64,000 nucleotides of DNA, from NCBI RefSeq assembly GCF_004010195.1, contig NC_057718.1, forward strand, positions 463,568 to 527,567, read 5' to 3'. Made by a program: the position numbers and the translations under genes. The DNA comes from Chiloscyllium plagiosum. Lineage: Eukaryota. Shown here one piece after another: positions 26,441-36,949 of the stretch. The notes beneath the pieces were generated by a model. It was not told the origin of the DNA. It did no database searches and worked only from the letters and a program-made list of their open reading frames with translations. Numbering within the stretch: the first letter of the stretch is position 1; each line of letters begins with the position of its first letter.

Positions 26441-29400
26441 CATAGAACAGAGCATTACAGCGCAGTACAGGCCCTTCGGCCCTCCACATTACGTCATCCT
26501 ATGAAACCAATCTGAAGCTCACCTAACCTAGATTATTCCATTTTCATCCATATGTCTATCCAATGTCCATTTAAATGCCCTGAAACCTGGTGACTCTACG
26601 ACTGTTGCAGGCAGGGTGTTCCATGCCCCTACTACACTCTGAATAAAGAAACTACCTCTGATATCTTTCTTACATCTATCACCCCTCAATTTAAAGCTAT
26701 GTCCCTTGTGCTAGTCATCGCCATCCAAAGAAAAAGGCTCTCACTGTCCACCCTACCTAATCCTCTGATTATATGTCTCAATTAACTCCCCTCTCAACCT
26801 TCTTCTCTCTAACGATAACAGCCTCAGGTCTCTCAGCCTTTCCTCATAAGACTGCCCCTCCATACCAGTCAACATCTTAGTAAATCTCCTCTGTACCCTT
26901 TCCATAGTTTCCACATCTTTCCTATAATGCTGTGACCCAAACTGTACGCAATACTCCAAGTGTGGCCGCACCAGTGTTTTGTACAGCTGTAGCATGACCT
27001 CAAGGCTCCGAATGTCAATCTCTCTACCAATAAAAGCTAACATACCGTATGCCTTCTTAACAACCCTATCAATCTGGGTGGCAACTTTCAGGGATCTATG
27101 TACCTGGACACCAAGAACTCTCGCTCATCTACACTACCAAGAATCTTACCATCAGCCCAGTACTCTTTATTCCTGTTTATCCTTCCAGAGTGAATCACTT
27201 CACACGTGTCTGCATTAAACTCCATTTGCCACCTCTCAGCCCAGCTCTGCAGCTTATCGATGTCCCTGTGTAACCTACAACATCCTTCGTCACTATCCAC
27301 AACTCCACCGACCTTATTCCGCAAATTTACTAACCCATCCTCCTGTGCCCTCATCCAGGTCATTTTTATAAATGACAAACTGCAGTGGCCCCAGAACAGA
27401 TCCTTGCAGTACCCCACTAGTAACTGAACTCCAGGATGAACATTTCCCATCAACCACCACCCTCTGTTTTCTTTGAACTAGCCAATTTCTGATCCAAACT
27501 GCTAATCACCCTCAATCCCATGCGTCTATATTTTGTGCAATAGCCTACTGTGGGGAACCTTATCAAATGCCTTACTGAAACCCATATACACCACATCAAC
27601 CCCTTTACCCTCATCCACCTGTCAGGTCACCATCTCAAAGAACTCAATAAGGGTTTGTGATGCACGACCTACCCTTCACAAAACCGTGTTGACTATCCCA
27701 AATTGACTTATTCCTTTCTAGATGATTACAAATCCTGTCTCTTATGATCCTTCGCAACACTTGACCCACAACCAAAGTAAAGCTCACTGATCTATAATTA
27801 CCAGGGTTGTCTCTAATCCCCTGCTTGAACAAGGGAACATTTGCTATCCTCCAGTCTCCTGGCACTATTCCTGTAGACAGTGATGACATAAAGATCAAAG
27901 CCAAAGGCTCAGCAAATTCCTCCCTGGCTTCCCAGAGAGTCCTAGGATAAATCCCATCCGGCCCAAGGGACTTATCTATTTTTACACTTTCCAGAATTGC
28001 TAACTCTTCCTTGTGAACCTCAATCCCATCTAGTCTAGTAGCCTGTATCTCTGTATTCTCCTCGACCACATTGTTCTTTTCCAGTGTGAATACTGACAAA
28101 AAGCATTTATTTAGTACTTCCCCATCTCCTCGAACACCATACACAATTTCCCACTGCTGTCCTTTGATTGGCCCTAATCTTTCTCTAGTCACGCTTTTAT
28201 TCCTGATATAACTATACAAAACCTTAGGGTTTTGCTTGATCTTATCGCCAACAACTTCTCATATCCCCTCCTGGCTCTTCTTAGTTCTCTCTTTAGGTCT
28301 TTCCTGCTTAACTTGTAACTCTGAAGCGCCCGAACTGAGCCATCACGTCTCATCCTAGAATAAGCCTCCTTCTTCCTCTTGACAAGAGATTCAACTTCCT
28401 AAGTAAATCATAGCTCCCGCGTTGACAGCTTCCTCCCTGCCTGACTGGTACATACTTTTCAAGGGCATCCAGTAGTTGGTCCTTGAATAAGCTCCATATT
28501 TCAACTGTGCCGATCCCCTGCAGTTTCCTTCCCCATCCTATGCATCCTAAATGATACCTAAACGCATCATAATTGCTTTTACTCCAGCTATAACTCTTGC
28601 CCCGCTGTAGATACCTATCTCTTTCCATCACTAAAGTAAACATAATCGAATTGTGGTCACTATCACCAAAGTGCTCACCTACTTCCAAATCTAACACCTG
28701 GCCAGGTTCATTCCCTAGTACCAACTCCAATATGGCATGGCCCCTTGTAGACCTGTCTACATACTGTGTCAGAAAACCCTCCTGCACATATTGGACAAAA
28801 ACCGACCCATCTCAAGTACTCAAACAATAGTATTTCCAGTCAATATCTAGAAGGATAAAGGCCCCCATAACAACTACCCTGTTACTCTCGCTCCTATTCA
28901 GAATTATCTTTGCTACCCTTTCCTCTACATCCCTGGAATGATTTGGAGGCCTATAGAAAACTCCCAACAGGGTGACCTCTCCTTTTCTGTTTCTAACCTC
29001 AGTCCATACTACCTCAGTAGACAAGTCCTCAAACATCCTTTCTGCCACATAATATTGTCCTTGACTAACAATACTACACCTCCCGTTCTTTTACGATCTT
29101 CTCTGTTCTTACTGAAACCTCTAAATCCCGGAATCTGCAATAACCATTCCTGTCCCTGCTCTATCCCTGTCTCCGCAATGAAAACGGCCAATGGCCACAA
29201 CATCGATGCCTCAGGTACCAACCCACGCTGCAAGTTCACTCACTTTATTCCGGTTGCCCTGGAGTTGAAGTAGACACACTTAAAAGTAATTCTTACTTGC
29301 CGGTGCCTTCTTGCGATCTTGGCCACCATAATATTGTCCTTGACTAACAATACTACACCCCCCGTTCTTTTACCATCTTCTCTGTTCTTACTGAAACCTC

Positions 29401-29865
29401 TAAATCCCGGAATCTGCAATAACCATTCCTGTCCCTGCTCTATCCCTGTCTCCGCAATGAAAACGGCCAATGGCTACAACATCGATGCCTCAGGTACCAA
29501 CCCACGCTGCAAGTTTACTCACTTTATTCCGGATGCCCCTGGAGTTGAAGTAGACACACTTCAAACTAATTCTTACTTGCCGGTGCCTTCTTGCGATCTT
29601 GAAATCTTAGTTCTGACTTCACTACTCTCAACCTCCCCTTTTCTTGAACTACAATTTCGGTCCCCATTCCCCTGCTAAATTAGTTAAACCAACTGGAAGA
29701 ACATCAGCAAATCTCCCCCCGTCAAGATATTGGTACCCCTCTGGTTCAGGTGAAGACTATCCTGTTTGTAGAGGTCCCACCTATACAAGAAGGAGACCCA
29801 ATTATCCAGGAATATAAAACCCTCCCTCCTGCACCATCCCTGCATCCACATGTTCAACTCCTCTC
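26441..29865 (-). mobile_element. Long CR1 LINE (ORF2 from APE to 3' tail), frameshifted
   Basis: Collinear ORF fragments IAETG...WLLQIPGF, GVFYRPPN, GDSDHN, GPDGIYPR, SQHGFVKGRSC, VRPHLEYCVQF. Confidence 0.93.
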
Positions 29866-30039
29866 TCTCCCTCGGAGACTAGGAGTGTTTTCTCCAGACG
29901 GGAAAAGACTGATGGATGACCTGATGCAGACTTTTGATATTATTACATAATTCAGAAGAGTCGGTGGGAAAATAATGCTGTAATTCTGTAAGACCTCTTC
30001 GTTTTGAGGTAAAAATGTAGAAGACACTTCCACAGAGCA

Positions 30040-30760
30040 GATGAGGCATGAAAGATAGAAGCATTGAAAGGGAAGGTGGATAAGCATAAGGTGCAAAGAA
30101 ATACAGGAATATATTGAGGAGGAGTTGGGAGCTCATATTGCAGCTGTAGAGGACATTGGTTAGGCCACTTTTGGAATATTGTGTGCAATTCTGGCCCACA
30201 CACACACACCCCACACACACACACACCCCACACACACACACTGCTATAGGAAGGATGTTGTAAAACTTGAGAAGGTTCAGAAAAGATTTACAAGGACGCT
30301 GGCAGGGTTGGAGGGTTTGAGTCATATGGAGAGGCTGAATAGCTGGGATTATTTTCCCTGGAACATCAGAGGCTGAGGGGTGACCTTACAGACATTTATG
30401 AAATCATGAGGGGCATAGATAGGGTAAACAGTCAATGTCTTTTTCCCAGTGTAGCGGAGGCCAAACTAGAGGATATAGATTTAAGGTGAGGGGGGAAAGA
30501 TTTAAAAGGGACTTAAGGGGCAACCTTTTCATGCAGAGTGTGGTGTTTGCATGGAATGAGATGCCAGAGGAAGTGATGAAGATTGGTACAGTTACAACAT
30601 TTAAAAGACATCTGGATGGGTATGTGAATAGGAAGGATTTACAGAGATATGATCCAAATGCTGGCAAATGGGACTAAGTTTAATTCAGGATATCTGGTCA
30701 GCACGGTCGAGTTGGATTGAAGGGTCTGTTTCATGCTGTACAGCTCGAAGAGTCTAAGAC
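30040..30760 (+). mobile_element. CR1 3' fragment with CA microsatellite
   Basis: YRKDVVKLEKVQKRFTR; TRGYRFKVRGERF. Confidence 0.85.
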
Positions 30761-30952
30761 TATATGACATAAGACTTAGATTAGACAAAGAGGGGTGGGA
30801 GGAGACTCTTACAAAATCTAAACATCACTATGGGCCTGTTCAGCTGAATGGCATGTTTCTGTACTTAAGTAATACACTCGCCTTTTTCACACACCATCAG
30901 TCCCTAATTGCTTATATGGATATCACCCACCACCCCCCCACGAGAAGGATAC

Positions 30953-30992
30953 TGCTTCATCACTTCCTTGTAGTTCACAGTGTCCCGAATAT
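30953..30992 (-). CDS. GPN1: GPN1 exon 3 (40 nt)
   Basis: (D)IRDTVNYKEVMK(Q); ttttgcag acceptor; donor GTATCCTT. Confidence 0.95.
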
Positions 30993-31187
30993 CTGCAAAA
31001 TAAAGAACTCTATCAGGTCACAGTACATAGCTCCTGAACCCCATAAGACTTGGCCCCATGAAAAATGGATACATAGGCCAGTCCTCACCCAAGAACCTTG
31101 CACCAGCCTAATTCTGCAACCCCTCCCATCCCCAGACTTCCACATGCCAGCACAATTGGAAACCTGTTCTTGATTCAGGGCCCTCAC

Positions 31188-31281
31188 CTATATTGGCTGG
31201 GAAAGGAATCTCATGTACCGCTGGATCCAGGTTTATCAGGTAAGGTGGAGTTCCCTTACTGTGGAGATGGCTGGTCAGTCT
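31188..31281 (-). CDS. GPN1: GPN1 exon 2 (94 nt)
   Basis: [31 protein letters not shown]; cag acceptor, gtgagg donor. Confidence 0.96.
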
Positions 31282-32401
31282 CTGTAGGACAGAAAAAAGG
31301 AGGAAAAAGAATCACATGGTGTCCATCAGCTGATGCACAAACTGCAGCCACACATGCACCAAGCCTCCACATCTCAGTACCCTTATCCTCTTTCTCATTC
31401 TGTCCTCATTAATCACTGATCTCTTTACGTCAATCCTCATTTCTCTCTGGTCATATATACCTCTTACCCCTCATTTACTCTCACTCACCACTTTCCCTCA
31501 TGCCCTAATTGTAACAGACCAATTGTATAAAGACTTGTGAGACTACACAAAGAAAACTATATACAGTCTGTGTCCTTAACTTGTCGATGCATATTGTTAT
31601 ATGTTTCATTTCTAATAGGTCTGAGAGGAGTTAGATTTTGAAGGACTGTGGAAAAACTGATATATTTCACGTTTTCTGGAAAGATCTGGAGTAGTTTCTT
31701 GAATTTTAAAAGTGGAGACCGATGGAGAACGCTCTGGTACTGGGAATTAGTGGGGACAAGAAGTCTGAGGAAGAGCTTCCCCAGTGATCTCTCCAATTGC
31801 TGAAAAGGAAACTCGTGTTCCGTTCAGGATGAAACCTATTTATTTTTCTCAATATCATATTTCCAGAGCAAGTTGCGTCTGAAATATTGCAGAGACAGTT
31901 GTGTGGAATTAGTGATGACCACAATCCCCAAAACATGAGAGCAATAGACTCCAGAACATTCTATTCTTTATCTTTTGACATTAAAGAATAACCAATTCCA
32001 AATGTTTCTCTAGATAGACAAGCTCTGCAGAATTATCAGTTCTTCTTCCACTAATTCAGAAGACGGCGTGCTTTGGGGATAGTCTTCTAATTTATGGAAT
32101 TCCTTGCCCAGTGAAGTAGTTAACGTTACTTCGGTAAATGTTTTTAAAGCCAAGACAGATTATTTTTGAACAATAAAGGAATAAGGGTTATGGTGAGATG
32201 GCGGGTAAGTGGAGCTGAGACCACAAAAAGCTCAGCCATGATCTTATTGAACGGCAGAGCAGGCTCAAAGGGCCAGACGGCCTACTCCTGCTCCTCGTTC
32301 TTATGTTACGATTGAGTTTCATTCTGGATTCATTGTAAAAGTACTTCAGACACAGCAGACACAAACATACAAACTGGAAGTTGGCCATTCAGTCCATCTA
32401 G

Positions 32402-32619
32402 GAGCAAGTGTGATCAGAGTCAAAAAGTGTGGTGCTGGAAAAGCACAGCAGGTCAGGCAGCATCTAAGGAGCAAGAGAATCGATGTTTCGGGCATGAGCC
32501 CTTCATCAGGAATGTGTCAAGTCATTCCTGAAGAAGGGATCATGCCCAAAACATTGACTCTCCTGCTCCTCAGATGCTGCCCGACCTGCTGTGCTTTTCC
32601 AGCACCACACTTTTAGGCT
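32402..32619. mobile_element. Inverted Penelope pseudo-LTR insertion
   Basis: Two opposed hammerhead cores; TSD cattcagtc(c/t)atctag. Confidence 0.8.
32478..32513 (-). ncRNA. Minimal hammerhead motif
   Basis: attc-CTGATGA-a-gggc-tcat-gccc-GAAA-ca-TC-gatt. Confidence 0.6.
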
Positions 32620-33299
32620 CATTCAGTCTATCTAGTCCGCACCACTATTCACTATGATCATAGCTGATTGGTTTATATCCACATTCCAATCGCTCTCCGC
32701 CATCTTGCCAGCCAGTGACCCAAAATCACACTAGCTCCAAAAAAGCTTTCATTCAAAGGGGTTACCCTAACTTTAAAACAATGACCTTAGATCTGGACGG
32801 ACTCAAAAGAGGCATCAGTATTTCCATATCCACTGGGTCAAGTCATTCAGGATCAGTTACATTCTGATCATGTTACTACTGCTTACCACCGCTTCACCCC
32901 CCTCACCACCACATGTTTTAAAATCCACTGGAATGAAACCCAGTCTGTCGATTCTTACCTCATTAGGAAATCCAACCATTCCAGCCATCAATCTAGTACA
33001 TCTCCACTGAATCGCTTTCAACACATTTATACACCTAACCCCACCATCCCCTACACTCTCCCAACACCCCTCCCTGTACACCCACAGTAATCCCACCATC
33101 TGCTACAAATACGAAGGCTGGAAAACATACCAGACCTGGCAATCTTTGTGGAAACAGAAACAGAATTAATGATATAACTCTTCTTCAGAACTAATACTAT
33201 GGTTGCTGCCAGACCTGCTGAGTTGATCCAGCATCAGGCTTCCACTATCCACAGCAGTTTGCTTTCATTGCACTATCAGGTGTCTGGTATATGAGAACC

Positions 33300-33790
33300 A
33301 AGACTTACTGCCTCTCTACTGAGTATTGTGTGCAGTTTTGGTTCCCCGGCCTGAGGAAGGACGTTCTTGTATTGAGGGAGTCCATAGACCGATCACTGAG
33401 ATAGTGGGATGATCTATGAGGAAAGACCGAATTGACTGGACTTGTATCTGAATTTAGAAAAACGGGGGGGGGGGGGGGGCAATGTCATAGAAATATCCAA
33501 AATCCTAAGGGCCCCGACAGGCTGGATGCAGGAAGAATGTCCCTGGAGTTTGGGAAATCTAGAACGAGGGGCCATTCATAGACTGAGATGAGGAAGAATT
33601 TCTTCACCAGCGAGTTATAAACCTGCGGAATTATCTCCCACAATAATTTGTTGGGGCCTGTCCATTGGATACATTAAAGAGGGAGCTGGACGTGGTCCTT
33701 GTGACTGAGGGGATCGAGGGGGATGGGCAGAGGGCGGGAATGGTACAGGCCCGAGGGGCTGAATGGCCTACTCCTGCTCTAATTTGTACC
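33300..33790 (+). mobile_element. CR1 3' fragment next to the GPN1 exon 1 donor
   Basis: gagtattgtgtgcagttttgg...gaatggcctactcctgctc tail. Confidence 0.8.
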
Positions 33791-33808
33791 TTTCGCAGTC
33801 AGCAGTAC

Positions 33809-33940
33809 CTGAACAAACGTGGTTTTTCCCGAGCCCGCCATGCCCAGTACGATCAGGCAGACAGTGCTGGCTTGGTGCTGCTGCACACACCCGGCCACAG
33901 GCCCCAGGCCCCGCTCTCCATCCATCGCCGCCATCGCCAT
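33809..33940 (-). CDS. GPN1: GPN-loop GTPase 1, coding exon 1
   Basis: MAMAAMDG...VCLIVLGMAGSGKTTFVQ contains the GPN1 P-loop; GT donor (gtactg) follows; lies in a CpG-rich region; the true start could be any of three in-frame ATGs. Confidence 0.95.
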
Positions 33941-34450
33941 TCCAGTCCTGACATCATCAACACGCGACAAACGGACTGGGCGGGAAACGTCATCGAGACG
34001 GGACACCGCCAGGAGGCGGGGCTCTGGAGATACCGCACCCACCTGAAGGCGGAGCCATGGCGTGACCACACCCACATGGAGGCGGGTACAGGACGAGCCC
34101 ACGGCCAAGGTGGGGGGAAGGGAGACCACACCCATAAATGGGCGTGTCCCATAGAGGACACGCCCACAGGGGGGGGGCCGTGGCCAAACGGAAATCGCAT
34201 CGACACGGAGGCGGAGTAAAGAATAAAGCGCACGCGGGTAGGCGGGGTCATAAATAAACCCCACCCACGGGGAGGTGGGTCCGGGGAGTCCACGCCCCAT
34301 ACGAAGGCGGGTCCGGTGATAGAACACACCCATAGGTGGGCGTGGCCAGGGAGAGACCACACCCATGGAGACCTCGCCCACTATGGGGGCGGGGCCAGAT
34401 GAAGGGCACAACCACATGGAGAACACGCCCACGGGTAGGCGGGGCCATGG
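33940..34450. promoter_or_regulatory. CpG-island promoter with repeated GC/GT boxes, possibly shared by GPN1 and NEIL2
   Basis: Most CpG-rich non-satellite stretch in the window; many GGGCGG/GGGCGTG/CCACACCC motifs and a CGGAA (ETS-like) motif; lies between the divergent genes. Confidence 0.75.
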
Positions 34451-34454
34451 GATC

Positions 34455-35630
34455 ACTGCAGGAGGAGGCCATTCAGCCCATTGAGTCTGGTCTAGCATTC
34501 GATCAAAGCTGATATAACCGTAAAGCCAGGTCACACCTGCTATATCTTTGTAACCCTTGGTCCCAGAACCGATCAAGAACCTCTATCTCTGTCAAGAGAA
34601 TAAATTGTTAAGAAATCCCTCTGCATCTCAGTTCTAAAGAGTCCCCCCTTCACCCCGAGGTGGTGCCCCTGGATCCCGGTCTCTCCTCCGAGTGGAAACA
34701 TCTTCTCCACATCCACTCTATCCACGCCTCTCATATCTCGTAAATGTCAATCATATACCCCCAACCCTTCTAAACTCCGAATATAGACTCAAAGACATCA
34801 ACCACTCCTCATATGGCACGCACTTCATCCCTAGGATCACTCGTGCAAACCTCTTGTGGACCCCCTCTAATGCCTGCTCATATTTCCTCAGAGACGGGGC
34901 CCAAATCTGCTCACAATATTCCAAATGTAATCTGACCAGAGTCTAATGCAGCCTCAGCAGTACAAATCTGCTCTTGTATTCCAGCCCTCTTGAATGAAAA
35001 CTTTGCATTTGCCTTCCTGTCAACTGAACCTGCATGTTAACCTCAAGAGAATCCTGAACAAGGTCTTCCAAGTCGCTTGTTGCTTCAGATTTCCAGAGTC
35101 TTTCCTCATTTCTAAAATAGTCTACACCTCAATGCTTCTTGCCAAAATGTAAAACCTTGCATATTACCACACTATATTCAATCTGCCGCTTCTTTGCCAA
35201 CTCTCCTGTCCAAGTCCTTCTGCCTCCTCACTCCCTCAACACTACCTGTCCCTCCATCTATCTTTGTGTAATCTACAAATCGAGCAACAATGCCCTCAGT
35301 TCCTTCATCAGGTTGTTAACACATAACATGAACAGTTGTGGTCCCAACACTGACCCTTGTGGAACTCTATCAGTCACTGGTTGCCATCATGAAAATGACC
35401 CCTTTATCCCCACTCTGTTTTCTGTCAGTCAGCCAATTATCTATCCCAATACCTTGCCCTTAAAATCATGGGCTCTGATTTATCGAGCAGCCTCCTGTGT
35501 AGTACTTTGTCAAAGACCTACTAGAAATCCAATTAGATCACTTTCACTGGCTTCTCTTTGTCTAACTTGCACATTACCTCCTCAAAGAATTCTAACAGAT
35601 TTGTCAGGCATGATCTTCCCTTGATGAAGC
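34455..35630 (-). mobile_element. CR1 RT/3' fragment between the CpG island and NEIL2
   Basis: Reverse complement shows CR1 RT motifs (PQGSVLGP, HLEYCEQIW) and 3' tail. Confidence 0.85.
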
Positions 35631-35819
35631 CTTTTTTTAGTGTGTGCTGTTCTAAGTACTCCATTGGACTCTCAGGAAGAAGGAACTACAAGGAAAAATA
35701 CTCTGATGAAGAATCATCGAGACTTGAAATGATAGTTTGCTTTCTCTCCATTAATGCTGCCTGACTTGCTATGATCGTTGTTATCAAAACAAGGTCAGCA
35801 CACCTCCTGCATCTGGGAG

Positions 35820-36130
35820 GAGGGGGCCATAGGCCACCACCCCCTTAGAGGCAGAGCCACCTGGTGACCACACCCCCTGGGAGGATGGGCCATGTGGTGA
35901 CCACACCCCCTGGGAGGATGGGCCATGTGGTGACCACACCCCCTGGGAGGATGGGCCACCTGGTGACCACACCCACTGGGAGGATGGGCCATGTGGTGAC
36001 CACACCCCTAGGGGGGGCACATGCCCCTGGGAGGATGGGCCATGTGGTGACCACACCCCTAGGGGGGCACATGCTGAGACCACACCCTCTGGGAGGAGGA
36101 GCCACAAGAGAACCAGGAGACCACACACCT
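35820..36130. repeat. 33-bp tandem repeat upstream of NEIL2
   Basis: gtggtgaccacaccccctgggaggatgggccat, period 33 (35894 to 35927). Confidence 0.9.
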
Positions 36131-36346
36131 TCAGAAGTGACTCTCTGATGGTGCTGCACTTTTATGGCAGTTCCCATTGGCCCTCCTTTGTCCCGCCCCC
36201 TGAACCAAGTCAATGTATTGGATTCTGGTGCCTAGTCAATTGTTTGCAGGTTTTCTCTTTGAAGTGTGGGATAGAGTCACTGTTGTCCAGACCTTGTTCC
36301 AGGTTATAGACAATACACAGGAGTGATAGCTGCCAGTATCAGGGAG

Positions 36347-36484
36347 ATGCCGGAGGGCCCTTCAGTGAGAGTGTTTCACTCTGTTACATCCCCGTTTGTT
36401 GGTAAAGTTGTGCAGAGAACCTCAGGTAGCACCAAACAAGTGTGCCTGCAACAATTTGTGAGTCTGAAACTGCAGCACAGTGAA
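36347..36484 (+). CDS. NEIL2: Endonuclease VIII-like 2 DNA glycosylase, first coding exon (138 nt)
   Basis: MPEGPSVRVFHSVTSPFVGKVVQRTSGSTKQ... has the Fpg/Nei catalytic MPEGP N-terminus; gtgagt donor. Confidence 0.95.
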
Positions 36485-36949
36485 GTGAGTATGATTTATT
36501 TCTTTTTGAACTTTGAGCTCACCTCTGTTTTAATCTTTTAAATTATTTGCTCAGGGATTGTGAGTCTTGCTGGCTGGGCAGCATTTATTGCCTGGTCCTA
36601 GATGCACTTGAGAAGGTGTTGGTGAGCTGCCCTTCTTGAACCGCTGCAATGATGTAGTTCCCCACCACCCCCTGCCCAAAGTGCTGCTAGTGAGAGTTTC
36701 ATGATTTTGACCCAGTGAAAGTGAACATGTTTCCAAGTCAGGATGCTAAGTGGCTTGGAGGGGAACTTGTAAGTGTTAGTGACCCATTTACTTGCTACCC
36801 TTGTCCTTCTAGATTTAAGTAGTTGTGGATTTGGAAGTTGCTACTGAAGGAGCCTCACTGAATTGCTGCAGTGCACCTTGTAGATGATGTACACTGCTCC
36901 TACTGAGTGTCATTGGTGTGACAAGGATTCTGGATAATCCAAGATGGAG

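Noticed and set aside
33779..34576. 265-aa ORF and other long overlapping ORFs in the CpG island
   Set aside because: Only 33809-33940 is GPN1 exon 1; the rest is open because of GC-rich repeats and a CR1 tail.
35784..36213. Repetitive-peptide ORFs (GVWSPHGPSSQ)n
   Set aside because: Translations of the 33-bp tandem repeat, open in several frames on both strands, with no splice or homology support.
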